Positions 1-12,248 of a DNA stretch of 64,000 bases are shown here, one piece after another (positions within the stretch are counted from its first letter, which is position 1; the number at the start of each line of letters is the position of its first letter). The stretch covers positions 558,001 through 622,000 of the forward strand of contig JAQGDQ010000072.1 in the NCBI GenBank assembly GCA_030141605.1. The letters run 5' to 3'. The DNA comes from Tubiluchus corallicola (lineage: Eukaryota; Animalia; Priapulida). The translations under genes were made by a program, and so were the position numbers. Below the pieces are notes generated by a model. The model ran no database searches. It saw nothing but the letters and a program-made list of their open reading frames with translations, and had not been told where the DNA came from.

Positions 1-1216
1 TTAAATGTATCTCACTTTAGATTAATTAAAAAATCTGTGGTTGCATCAGCATTTTTAATAAAATTTTTTATGCATGAAAATGACCAAAATATTGTGGTGA
101 CTGCACCTGCAGTACTAATATGGTGCTTAATCGGTGTAACCTGCAAAAAGTTAAGCCAGTTTAGCATCGGGCTGTTGTGTGCCTTATATCATCCTTAAAA
201 TGGTAAAACTAACAAAGAGTTTTATGCCTTTCTCAAAATCATAAAATTAACAAAGAATGCAAAAAATTCCCGATACATAGACATCTTCTGTTTGGCACAC
301 GCAATACGGAAACCACTAGTAAAGCCCAGACACACATAAAATTCTGAAGTCCAGTCTATACCAAGACAACCTTTCATCAGGAGAATGTGTGTCTGTTTGC
401 CCAAGCTATGCTGCCCACTGTTCAAAATCTCTCAATGCTTTCAATAGATTTTTTAAGTGCTTACTTCCGTGTTTAGCACTGCCAAAGTTTCGTCAATTTT
501 TGAAAAACAGGTTTAGTATCATATTGGACAAGACCTGGCACGCTGTTCAACAACTAAATGTGGCATCATAAATATCAAACGCGTGTTGTTAAATTTAAAA
601 GTGCACTTCTAGATCACCTGACTTTTGTTTCTGCTGCACAAAGGTTTCCTTATTCCTGGTTTCACTGTGAACAGGCCAGTTTGGTGGTGACTACTTACTG
701 AGCAGTTCTCAACATAGCATTTTGTACATAATCAATATTTCTTGAATCTTAAACTAACAATTGTCTGAGAAGGAAAGACAACAATTGCACATTACGGAAA
801 TTTTACCAAAATTAATGCTTCTTTTGCTTAAACTCGCATCACTCAGTGTATCAGCAAATTTACATCCAGTTATTGCTTACAGGGCAGCTGGTATACAACC
901 TCCTGAATTGCAAAAGAACCACAAAGATTGCACAAGAACTTATTTGAATTGGCGAACAAATGTACTTTAATGCAGCAATGTTTGCATAAATAATTTGGCC
1001 AACTATGGCTGCCAAGTTACTCAGCCATTCATCACTAGACTTAATAGGACAGTTGACTGTAAACCACATTACAATGATCTAATTCTCATGAAATTCAAAG
1101 TTAGTAAGGTTTCTGCATATTGTAAGAAAAGTCACCAACTAGGATTGCAAATCTAAAATTGCCTTCAATAACTTATATTACAACTTAATCGACAGAATAA
1201 AATCAATACTAAACTA

Positions 1217-1342
<126 letters not shown>

Positions 1343-1911
1343 TTAAGTAACATAAGCAAAATTCAATGTTAAGGCAGCTATAGCACTTCTAATTAGTCAT
1401 AAACCGGATATCTCAACTGACAGACAAATTACTTCCCATGACAAAAGAATCAACTTCATAAGTAACATTACAAGTTACTTCATAATAAAGCATTATGAAA
1501 ATATTGCATATACAATATGTTCCATGTAAAAAATAAAATTCTATTCTATTCCAGTCATTGATATTGCACTGTCCAATGACCTGTTTTAAAACTGATTACA
1601 GAATCGACTAAGAATCAGGCAAAATAAGTTGACAGGCAAGAATGATCTAGAATTGGTGCGGTAACTGTGAGTATGAGAGCCATCCTATTAACCATGACAT
1701 AATTAGTACTGCAAATAAGCTAGTAAATGCAAATTACAATTAAATCCCCTGTTGAAGTTTAGCAACACGAATTTCGTTTTAATGCTTCATCGTGGCATGT
1801 CTTCTATTTAATTTAGAAATGCTCAAAATTTCAGCAAGTGTTCCATTTGACTTACCAGGTACTCAAAATCCGAATAATACACATATAATGTAAACACGTA
1901 GATTCACTTAC

Positions 1912-2073
1912 ACTGACGGCCAGTACAGGGCCGACTTTATATAGAGCATATCTGTCGGTTTTATTAGCAATATTTTCTAATCCGCAGCCAGCTGGAAGTT
2001 TAATTTTTAACTCTTCTCGTACATACTCCGCAAAAACTCGCATTCGTTTAGGGCTTCCTCCACAGCAAACAAA
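1912..2073 (-). CDS. UPP1: Uridine phosphorylase internal exon (FVCCGGSPKRM...TDRYALYKVGPVLAVS)
   Basis: Overlaps ORF 1852..2043 and extends 30 bp upstream in frame. Matches UPP1 FVCVGGSPSRM...TDRYAMYKVGPVLSVS. Acceptor ttttag, donor gtaagt; 162 bp, phase 0/0. Confidence 0.95.
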
Positions 2074-2911
2074 CTAAAAAACAAAACTCCAAAATGTTAA
2101 TAAACACAAAACAAGTGAATTCAAGTAACCAGTAAAAACAGAAATTAATCTTAACCTAGCAGTTCTTCTCCTCTTCTGACTTTTCTTTTTTCTGCTCCAT
2201 TTTTTTCTTTCTCCTTTTTTTCTGAGATGCCATGCTATTTATATCATCCTCACGAATTTTCTTGGTTGACATTTCCCTACCCAGTCAAAAAAATTTCTTA
2301 ACACAACAACATTGTTCGAAGTGGCAGTGCCATTGCTATAGTTGTATGTTGTTTAAACACCCCATTGTTTAATTACATAATTTGTAAGATATCTTATAAA
2401 ATACAAAAATTTTGTATCTCATAGAAGCGAAATTCCTCTTATAGCAGTTAGTTCTTAGCCCAACTTCCATCACTTAACAGGTTGCTTAATTTACCAAAAG
2501 TTGTCATTTACAATAATTACTAGTAGCAAACATCGGGCAACTTTTATATTATTTTTGTTTCTTATATTGCTATATACAGATCACCTCCAAACAAATGCAC
2601 ATTTGAAAATATGGACACAGCATCAATTTCTACTACCAATTAGTACCAATTATGATCAATTAATTAACAAATCTATAAAACTTAATGCAGGCTTAACTTC
2701 AGATAAAAATACAATTTTGCTGTCTCTGCATATTTGTAACAATTTGACTCTGCCTTCACCTTGAAAGTACAATTGTAATTCTTCAAATTATGTGATAGCG
2801 TAACCACATCCTTCTACTATAAATATGTGACAATAACTTGCTTCTGTTGCTTACTTTATCTCTGAAATAAACTGCAAAACTGGATAATGCAAATTAAAAT
2901 ATGCAGCAAAC

Positions 2912-3038
2912 CTTAATATCACCAAACATCTCTTGTAGATTGTGCTCGCTAGTACTCAATGTGAAATGATACAAACAATCTTCTGGCATGTCTTTGAGAT
3001 TAGGGTTCCGTATCTTCACCTGGAACCGGTTATCCTCC
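2912..3038 (-). CDS. UPP1: Uridine phosphorylase N-terminal exon (EDNRFQVKIRNPNLKDMPEDCLYHFTLSTSEHNLQEMFGDIK)
   Basis: Within ORF 2894..3196. Matches the UPP pattern NPN...ED.LYHF.L....H.....FGDVK. Acceptor tgtttag (alternative ttccag near 3020), donor AAG|gtttgc. Confidence 0.9.
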
Positions 3039-3392
3039 CTAAACAAATATGTAAAATTAGATTTAAATTGTACGAAACTAAGAAGTAAAACTTTATTAAA
3101 GATCCCCAAATAGAAAATTTCGTACTTATCACTTACAACTACATTGAGCAGTAAAAGCTGGATAGACTTTGTATGATACAGTAAGTCCTTGCTCAATGAA
3201 TCCCAGTTAACTGATGTTTTACTTTAATGATTTTGACACCTTTTTTCTCACTTAATGATACATGCCACTTTAGCAATGATTTTTTGCTTTACTGTTAGAA
3301 GAGAAATTTTGTTTGCTTTGCTTGCACTTTATAATGAAGCCCACTAGCAACTCAAATCAGCTCTAATTTGCCATCTGTTTTATTCATTGCAG

Positions 3393-3652
3393 GAAATACG
3401 GACATACTGTGACAATTTACTCAGGTGACACGTTCCCTTATACAGATAAACCTGTTTCGCCTGAAAAACTTCTGAAGATTGTTAGACGTATGTCTGGTAT
3501 CAAACCATACAGTCAACTCATTCACATTTATGTTTTCACTAAAACAACACCAGAAATTTCTCTGCGAGACTATGACATGACTACTGACCAGCGTGAAAAA
3601 ACAAAATCTACAATATCAGAAATAAAAACAGGACTTTTAAATGTATTAAAAT
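3393..3652 (+). CDS. Candidate internal exon of an unknown gene, antisense within the UPP intron
   Basis: Branch-like ctaat at 3363, pyrimidine tract plus cag acceptor (3391-3392), 260-bp open frame (KYGHTVTIYSGDTFPY...GLLNVLK), donor T|gtaagt. Confidence 0.4.
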
Positions 3653-3688
3653 GTAAGTGAAAAAGGCAGAGAGAGAGCAAAAGATGAA

Positions 3689-3758
3689 GAGCGAGAGAGA
3701 GAGAGACAGAGAGACAGAGAGGGAGAGGGAGAGGGAGAGGGAGAGGGAGAGAGAGAGA
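3689..3758. repeat. (GA)n/(GAGAGG)n microsatellite
   Basis: Visible directly; explains the ERERER ORF at 3657..3839. Confidence 0.95.
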
Positions 3759-4049
3759 TCCTTACTGTTTTTCATGCTTTTCGTTACTCATCTTGCAGAA
3801 CCGATTACTTTCTTTGCGAAGCAACAATGGCAGCTCTAGCAATCTATTTTTCTAAAAATACAATTAGAAATAATGCTAAAGCTCAGCATAAGAATTAAAT
3901 ACTTGTTTGAAAGGGTTCCAAAAAGTATTTGAGAAAAAGGCAAAGGTGGAACAACTTTCAAATTCGGTGCATTCAGACCAATAAAAAAAATTTCAAATTA
4001 CTGCACAATTTATATTGCGAAATTTTCTAGCATTTTCCCAAAACATTAA

Positions 4050-5460
4050 AGTAGCACACACTTCCTAGACGCCTTGCCTTCCTGGTATCATATGAAATAC
4101 AAAAGGGCAAGAAATATATTAACCAAGATAATTAGAAAAAGTACAAGAAAATACTAATGAAAAATAGCTGAGACATAGCAAAAGACAGCCTAGTTTTTTA
4201 TGATTACTTGAGGAATAAGCGGAAGGTTATCAATGTGGTCAGACCATTGGTCGGTGAGAATGGTAGCAGTGTGGAAAATGATTTGCAAACAGCAATCACG
4301 TTAAATGGGTATATTTTATCTGTGTTCATGCGCGAGGATTGCAGGAATTTTCCAAGTCATGGGCAAATTTTTACAGGCAGTGAAGAAACTAGATTAAAAA
4401 CATTGGTCTTATTCCTGAGATTGTTGAAAAGTTCTTATGCAAATTAAAACCAGACAAGGATACAGGCACAGATGAAATAAATCCAGCAATATTGAAGCAA
4501 ATGGCATCAATGTTAGCTAATCCTTTGAGTTAGCTGTTCAACAAATCACTTTGTGAAACAAGTATACTTGAAAATTGGAGATTGGCCAATGTCACCCTTT
4601 GATTAAAAAGTGAAAAAAGCAATTTGTTCAGAAATATAGGCCTGTCAGCTTAACACCTCATGTTGGCAAGCTGATGTAATCTATTATAAAAGAACACACA
4701 CACTGAAAAACATTTGAGAGTAAACAATCTTATTAGGGGTTCTCAGCTTGGTTTTGCAAACTTAGCTTAGTGGTATATCATGACTTACAATCATATTGTA
4801 TTTTTGGAGAGTCACTCTGTTAGTTGGTGATGGTAAACGAGTAGATGCCATTTATTTACAAGGTTTCCCACAAACGGCTACTGTTGAAGTTGAGAACACA
4901 TGGTGTTGATGGAATGCTGTGGATTAAGCAATGACTAAGTGGAAGAAAAACAATGAGTGGTTGTAAAATATTACATATGTAACATGTAAAAAAATAAAAG
5001 AAATATGTCTTCATGGGGTGAAGTACTTAGTGAAGTTCCATGAAGTACTTAGTGGAGTTCCACAAAGATCTGTACTCGGGCCCGTTTTGTTTTTAATCTA
5101 CGTAAAATACATCGATGACAACATTTCCAGTGCTATTCTAAAATGAGCTGATGATACCAAGATTTTTTAAACAGTGAGTAGTTCTGAAGATCCCTTCAAC
5201 CATACAGGAAGACTTGAGCAAAATGTATGAGTTACTTGACAGGTAGATGCTGTTTAAAGTAGAAAAATGTGAATACATTTATTTTGGTTTTATAATATAA
5301 TAAGCATTAGGACTATTTTATGGGAGATGTAAGACTGGAGAGTACTGCTGAAATTAAAGATTTGGGAGTGTTAATAAATGAGCTGCTGAAGCCTAGCAGT
5401 CAGTGTGCAGAAGCAGTCATAAAGGCAAAGAGAACATTGGGCATGATAGAAAAGTCCTTT
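4050..5460 (+). mobile_element. Degraded CR1-group LINE, reverse transcriptase region
   Basis: Fragments W(R)LANVTP, YRPVSLT, GVPQRSVLGP, ADDTKI and KDLGVLI...KAKRTLGMI, with many stops and frameshifts. Confidence 0.88.
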
Positions 5461-5849
5461 ATCGAATTCTTGAAGAAGATTGGGAGGCGTAGCACAAGCC
5501 TGTCAACGCTTACAACCCTACTTACCATTGCCACCAATCATATTGCCATTTAGATAAGGTTGGTGGTCGTCAGTAAGTATCAGTATCTATGACCAGTATG
5601 GATACACAACATTAGTCATCAATTACTAAACTAATGTTGTGTTGTATATTCTGTTTAGTCACTCAGTGAAGAATTATGAAAAATGTTTTGAATCCTTTCC
5701 ATTGGGAATAAATTATAATTTTCTCCTTCAAGAATTACATTTGAATGTCAAACAAAATACGCAAGAACTAATATTACAAGAAAACATATATACGGCTAAA
5801 ATTCAAGCTTGTCGTCATTGTAAATCATGAATTTGTTCTCAATTTCTCT

Positions 5850-6520
5850 ACGTTATTCAGGACCAATTACATTAATTATGGACAGACGACACTAAAAATA
5901 TATGGAAGAGCTTACTGCCTCGGTGATATTGAGGTCATGCAGAATATTATTAACTATGCTGACCAATTATGTTGCCAATGGCAAATGGAGCATTCAAGCT
6001 CTTGACTATTGGAAGGCATGATATCGCAGGTCGCACATAAAAAAGTGGCACATGGACAAAGCTCTAGAGAAATTATAAGTGTCATAGAAGAAAAAGTCTG
6101 GGCATCACCATCCACAGTATGCTTAAATTTCAAACTCATAACAATGTTGTTAATAAAGCACACGGAAGACTTTTCTTACCTTGATGGATCTAGAACGACC
6201 AAGCTATACAAGTAAATGGTTTGCCCTACATAGGATTATGGTGATGTGATATGGAGTCCAAGTTGTCAAGACATGAAAAGGAAAATTGAAAGCATACAAC
6301 GTTGAGCTACTAGACTCATAGCTACAGTTTCTCATTTATCATATGCTGCAAGACTTAAGAACCTGGGGCCTCACCACTCTGAAGTATAGATGCAAAAGAC
6401 AAGACTTAATTCAAACATTTCGGATCCTTAAAGGTACAGAAACCATCAACAGTAAAATATTTTTCCATGAACAAACATATCGTGGCACCAGGGGTCACTC
6501 CCACAAAATTAAGAAGAGAA
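5850..6520 (+). mobile_element. Degraded CR1-group LINE, 3' part of ORF2
   Basis: DDTKI, DYGDVIWSP, IQRRATR-like and LTTLKYR...DLIQTFRILKG...TRGH motifs. Confidence 0.8.
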
Positions 6521-6599
6521 CAGTTCCCAAAAGGTGGAGCAGAAAAAGGGGTAAATTTACAATGCAAGCAATTAATAATGAAACATGATGCCTGACACT

Positions 6600-8390
6600 G
6601 TAGTTCAAGCCTCTAATCCTGCCCAGCTCAAGATTTGTCTCGATAGACATTGGAAATGCAATCCATAAAAATATATAGACCTTAGGTTGCCACAATGGTA
6701 ACAGGAACTCTGAAATTGAACTGTCCTGGAGAGGAATAAAATGTAAAAAGATCAAAGTTACAGCAGGCGCCAAATGATCCAATTTCATCTATATTTTTTC
6801 CTTTGTATATGCATGAATTATTGGATGTGTTACATAGATCTAATGCAGGTTTTTATTTATGTGAGGATTTAGTTATTTATGGTTTTAGCCTTTGCTGATG
6901 ATCTTACTCTTTTTGCAGATGAAGAGCAAGGCATGAGTACAGTGGTGGCTTGTAGCTAAAATTAGTGGGGGTGCTGCTTCAGAAAATTTTTAGCCATTGT
7001 TTTGATACTGTGTAAAACGTAACAAACATAAGTAATTTTAAAATCATAGTTATATTTGAAGATCAGATGTTGAACGGTCTCTTTTCTTAACTGCAACTTT
7101 TTCCTCGAGAGACAACTGTGAAAAACTAAGCTGTTGTAGTTCACAAACAGTAAGTTTACCCTTTATCACATCCACGAATATGATGGTACACGGTAAGCAC
7201 GTGGCAAATGTCACTGTGTTAGAGACAGTACTTTTCTACCTAGCAGCCCATGCTAGTGTACTGCATGTTATTTCAGACAAGTGCGCATGGCTGCTTGTGC
7301 ACAACAGCCAAATACCACAGTGTTCGGGCTGTGAAGAAAACTTTACTTCCCTCATGTGCTCCGCTTCTGCACAAGTGTAAAAAAACTAAAGAAAAAAGAT
7401 TTATTATATTGAATATTATTGATAATGAGTGAAAATAGGGACTGCTGCAGTACCACAGTACCTATACATGAGCTGCTGAAATGAAAATAGTTGGAAAGAA
7501 AGGATTCCGGATTTGAGGAAGGCTATTGGTGCATTAAAGTATACGGGTATGTCCTCATATTCAAAAAGAGAAGTGGGCAGAACTGAATGGAAGTCTGAAT
7601 TTGTATCTAAGACAACATTTGGTTGTGTTGGTAGGACGTGTTATCAGAAAGAGGCAAACTTTAATGACAGTATGCAGGATGAATTGGCAAGATTGATATG
7701 GAAAACAAAAAAGTGTAATAGAACTGCCGTGTAAGAAAAGGTTGGTTTTTCATCCTTTGAAGAGAGAGAAGCGAATGCAACGCTTAATGAGTAATGACAG
7801 ATCGGTCAAAAGGTATATCCTTTGCAGTGTGTAGTAGGATAAGCTCTAAATGGGTTAGAAGAACACGTTTTAGCAGACAAATTTAATTTAGAAGTTTTTG
7901 GAAACATTTTGGCACTAGAAGAACTTTCACAGGATGGGTTGAGGAAAATAACTGATGCAAATTTTAGCAAAAAAGGTTATTGAAAAAAAGTGAGGGAAAA
8001 GTGCTTATAACTACGGCAGTATAAACTTGAATCATGTTCTACCACTATTATATATTTGAACAATAAATTATCTTATTTTGAAAGCTAGATGAATGATGTG
8101 TAATACCAAGTTGCTGGTGAAAGCAGGAATTGGTGCATTGGAGATTAATGGAAATCCACTATTTAGACAGATGATAGCTGAATGTGATAGACTTTGCAAG
8201 TGTGGTTTAGACTGGAAAATTTACATCATATTTTACTGTACTGTTCTTATTATGAAAATGAAAGAGGTTTGGTTATTTGGGAAGGAGTTTCAGATGAGGC
8301 CCGTATGAGTTGGGTGTTATTACAAAATATTGATTGTGATATAATGAAGAAACGTCATGAGATAGGAATAGTAAGCTTTGCCTAAGTTTA
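6600..8390 (+). mobile_element. Highly decayed LINE remnant, probably interrupted by a small hAT-like MITE (about 6940-7478)
   Basis: GLAFADDLTLFA RT motif near 6880. CAGTGG start and GGGGGTGCTGC motifs near 6940-6980. Confidence 0.5.
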
Positions 8391-8552
8391 TGTTTTTTTT
8401 TATTTCTGGCCGAGTAGCAGATTGACTACAACCTTCATACAAAAAGGTCTAGGCATTGAACTGAACTGAGCACACTTCATGACCACAGTGTGGTTACTTA
8501 TTTTCTTGTTTTAACAAAGTAAATAAGGAGAAGTGAAGAAGTACACAAGCTG

Positions 8553-9301
8553 GGCGCTATTACACTTTCGCACCGCCTAGCTTTTCCTGGCCTATTGGTT
8601 CTTTTCACGCCTGCAGGCCAGAAAGCAGACCAACAGGCATAATATACACCATATTCCCATAATATTATTGCTTCTTACGCTTTATATATACACCATATTC
8701 CCATAATATACACCATATTCCCATAATATTATTGCTTCTTACGCTTTATAATTCCAGATTAAAATCATACATTACTTACCGCCGCCATTACGAAAAAAGC
8801 TCCACGTGAATAACCGTGTTTACACTACTAATGCGCAATCGCTCTCGCACAGTGACATAAGTGGCCCTTAACCTGTATTTTTAGTTTTTTTGCATAATTT
8901 ATGATTATTATGGTTGCAGCCACGGGAGTTTGTATCGTATTACAGTGTTCCCACATATTATTAGATTATAAAAGTAAAGGTTTTTTCTCTATTTCGTAAA
9001 TGCAATTAAGATGAAAGTGTGTCACGTGCCTTTTAAGCTAGGCCCTGATAATGCTTAAACTAGTACGAAATTCGTCACGTGACTACACACACAAACAAGA
9101 TATAGCGATACGCCCTGTATAGGTGTAGAACTGTGAATACCGCGTAATTATTGGTAATTATACCTAAATATATGATTAAATTACAATTAGATTAGCGGAA
9201 ACATTCACTGATGACGTAAGAATAATAGAATGATGACGTACGAGCCTAGAAGCGAGTAATAACCTAGAAAAAGCTAGGCGGTGCGAAAGTGTAATAGCGC
9301 C
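8553..9301. mobile_element. Non-autonomous DNA transposon (MITE family A, copy 1; Mutator- or Merlin-like)
   Basis: Perfect 33-bp TIR GGCGCTATTACACTTTCGCACCGCCTAGCTTTT. 9-bp TSD CACAAGCTG/CACAAGCCG (1 mismatch). Internal tandem duplication near 8643-8750. Confidence 0.93.
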
Positions 9302-9619
9302 CACAAGCCGTTATGCTTAACCTCTATTCTTGAACGGCAACGGTAATTAGGATTTTGTCTTCGCTGAAAATTTTTATTAACAACTGACACAAAATGACAG
9401 TTTTATTACTTTTAATTTTCAACCATAACACTAACAAATATTATTAATTTATAATAGTATACAACTTCAATGTTCTGCACTTTGACCAATAAAAAGTGTT
9501 TCTTGATAAAAATAGAATGTCTTTATAACCGACCTTAAAATGAGTCAACTACTTTTTCCTGCCTTGCTTTAAAGTCCAGAGTTCTGTAAAAAACAGTAAA
9601 TTCTAAGAACCAAACTTAC

Positions 9620-9753
9620 CGACTTCGTTGTCTTTGACGGTCTGACCATAAAATCTCTAACAATGTAAATTTAGCCACGATTTCCAAACTCAGTTGCAAA
9701 CATACCAAGCATTCGATTCCACTTACGTCAAGGCGCACGTGAACTGTGACCAT
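9620..9753 (-). other. Candidate small 5' exons of the UPP gene (9753-9727 and about 9656-9620)
   Basis: Two gtaagt donors (at 9726 and 9619), a ttgttag acceptor and nearby ATGs, next to a CpG-richer stretch. Phase linkage to exon 3038 is ambiguous. Confidence 0.35.
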
Positions 9754-10329
9754 GGATCTCCAAAAATTTTTTGGAGAGGTTTGATGAAATGCAAACTAAA
9801 GTAGGGGTGGTTTTCGATTAGAGCGCGCTTTTTTCAGTTTGATTTCGAGTCGAATCTAACATTATAGATTCAAATAATTCAGCACGTCAGGTACATAATG
9901 TGTGACGTTCAGTTTGAAACATCGTGCAATCAGTACAATTCAACCACGATTTCTGTGCACAATTTTTAAACAAATTATTAGCGTTTCACTGCAAAACAAA
10001 AGTAAAGACAAGTCAAGTAACATAGCATGATCTTTGTGGGACCGTTCTTCCTTATTAGAGACCATTTTCGTGCACCGCAGAAAGTATTTCTGCCAGACAA
10101 TGCTAGTGGACCGATCAAGTACGCAAGCTTCCTGACTTCGCAAAGTTATAATCCAGGATTGCAGTATCAAGTGCCCGTCTTTGCACGGCAAATGGGACAG
10201 CAGTTATACTTATTTAAATTTATTGACAATTATTAAAATGAAATCAAATACAAAAAAAAACAATATTAAAAATTCGGGTGATAACGTCTACGCACTAATA
10301 CATAATTTTCCACACCACGTACACTTTAC

Positions 10330-10684
10330 TAGGGGTGCACATTCTCAACTAGAAAGCGAATCGAGTCGAATCGAATTTGCGACTTCCGAATTCGAATCGA
10401 GTTTCAGTATTTGAAAGAATAGAGTTTGAAAGATTTTCGAACCATTAGTAAAAACTGGTCTTACAAAGATCATGCATATTACTTGATTTTGTTCTGCAGC
10501 AGAACAACTATTAGTTTGCTAAAAAGAGAAACTGCAGCTAAACTGTGCTAATTGCATGGTTTTTCAAACCTTTTTTGAGAAAGAACATATGTAGTTGAAG
10601 TGCTGAATTATTAAAAAAACTCGTTCGTATCGAATTCGAGCATTCGGATTCGATTCGAACTCGAACATTCGATGCTCACCCCTA
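10330..10684. mobile_element. hAT-like MITE (TAGGGGTG...CACCCCTA) with subterminal TCGAA/TTCGA repeats
   Basis: Short inverted termini typical of hAT; a second diverged copy starts at 20551. No TSD recognisable. Confidence 0.7.
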
Positions 10685-12248
10685 CTATTTGTTACCATTT
10701 TTCATTAATTACAGAAAAACAATCTTTAATGAACAGGCACAATGCATTAAGGTCAGCTTCAAACAATTGCCTTAATGTATTATAATCAGTGCTATATTTC
10801 ATTTTAACACGCTATAAAACAGGGCAATGACAAAAAACATGCTCTTCACCTTGAACACTTACTTTATCACATGGGCACACTCCCCTGTACCTAGGGACAA
10901 GAGCTCACCTACCGTTTTCGACATAATAAATCATGAGATGATAATTTTGCTCTAGTATAAGCTAACATACCATCTAAAAAAACATCGATATTCAAATTAG
11001 CGAACACTTCGTAAAGGTAATGTACTAAAGTACAACCAGTATTTGCAGCTATGTTAAAAGCTATGAACAATTGGCTATGATTATCAAAACTGCATAACTT
11101 CTGGCAGAAATTGACTTGACTGCGTAAAACCTAAGAACGAAAAGCTGTCGAATTAGCTTCAAAAACAGAAAGTTCGTTGCCGGTTGATCTGTGAACACCT
11201 AAGCAAGCTTTAATGCAGTCTATACACCTGACTTAACGGTGCTCCTGTTCATGTAAAGCATCGCCAACAAGATTACAGTAATTGCAAAAATCTTTATAGC
11301 AGTTGCTGTGAATATATAGTATCATAATTACGTATAACCAGTTAATTCAACCGATACTTGCAACAGTGTTAAAAACGAATAATGTACGCATATTTCAGAT
11401 TACAAATACACATTTACATTATCATCATGTGCTTTTAAACAACATTAAAGTAGCGGCAAAGTGGGGAGTGCACATTAGATGTACTACTAGTATAAATATC
11501 CTGGAAGACTCCAGATAAATGTTAGAGGTGTCTTCCATTTAGTCTAATTGGTACTACTGCACTATATTTACTAGACCCGATACAACAATTGCAACTACAA
11601 AAATAAATGGTAGATAATAAATTATATCATGCATGCTCCCAGAGTCAATTAACTAAACCTTCACACTGGCAAATCATTGATCTTAATTTATGCAAAACAT
11701 TTTTTCAGTACTACATAATTACTAAAGAAGTTTAAATCACGTTTTACAGTTTGCTTATTAAGCCTACTTCTTAATCCAGTTCACGCTCTACAAGTGGATT
11801 TTGTCCAAAGCCACAATGTAAGTCTAAACCAAAATGTCATAACTTTATAGTGGTTAAAAGTAATGATTTATGTACTTTAAACTAGCTTAAAATAATTTAG
11901 GTTTAGCATATTACTTACTATTATTCTCATACATCTTTTTTTAGCAGAATTTGATTTTTGAAGTATAAAAACATAAGGTAATGTAATAAAAATGTGATAA
12001 GCATCTACTTTAATGAGTAATTGATTATCATAGTGTAGGCCATTTACAAAATAGCACAAGCACCATTGACTTAAATAGAGAATTCTCATACATTTGCAAT
12101 ACATGTGCAGAGCGAAACTGCTAGACTTCAACAAACTGTGAGGCAAACAATGGATGCCATTTTGTAGAATACCAGTCCTTGAGTTTTTGAAGTTTTGATC
12201 AGTACACAGATTGACAATCTCTTTGTTGCACATGTATGGAATCCAAAT

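Noticed and set aside
222-1069. Further UPP exons or another gene in the first kilobase
   Set aside because: I could not find the expected next UPP sequence (LxPGxVV) in any frame. The short ORFs are stop-riddled, probably intronic repeat debris.
3657-3839. ER-repeat ORF, and similar YI/MC-repeat ORFs at 20815..21036 and 49393..49638
   Set aside because: These are translations of microsatellites.
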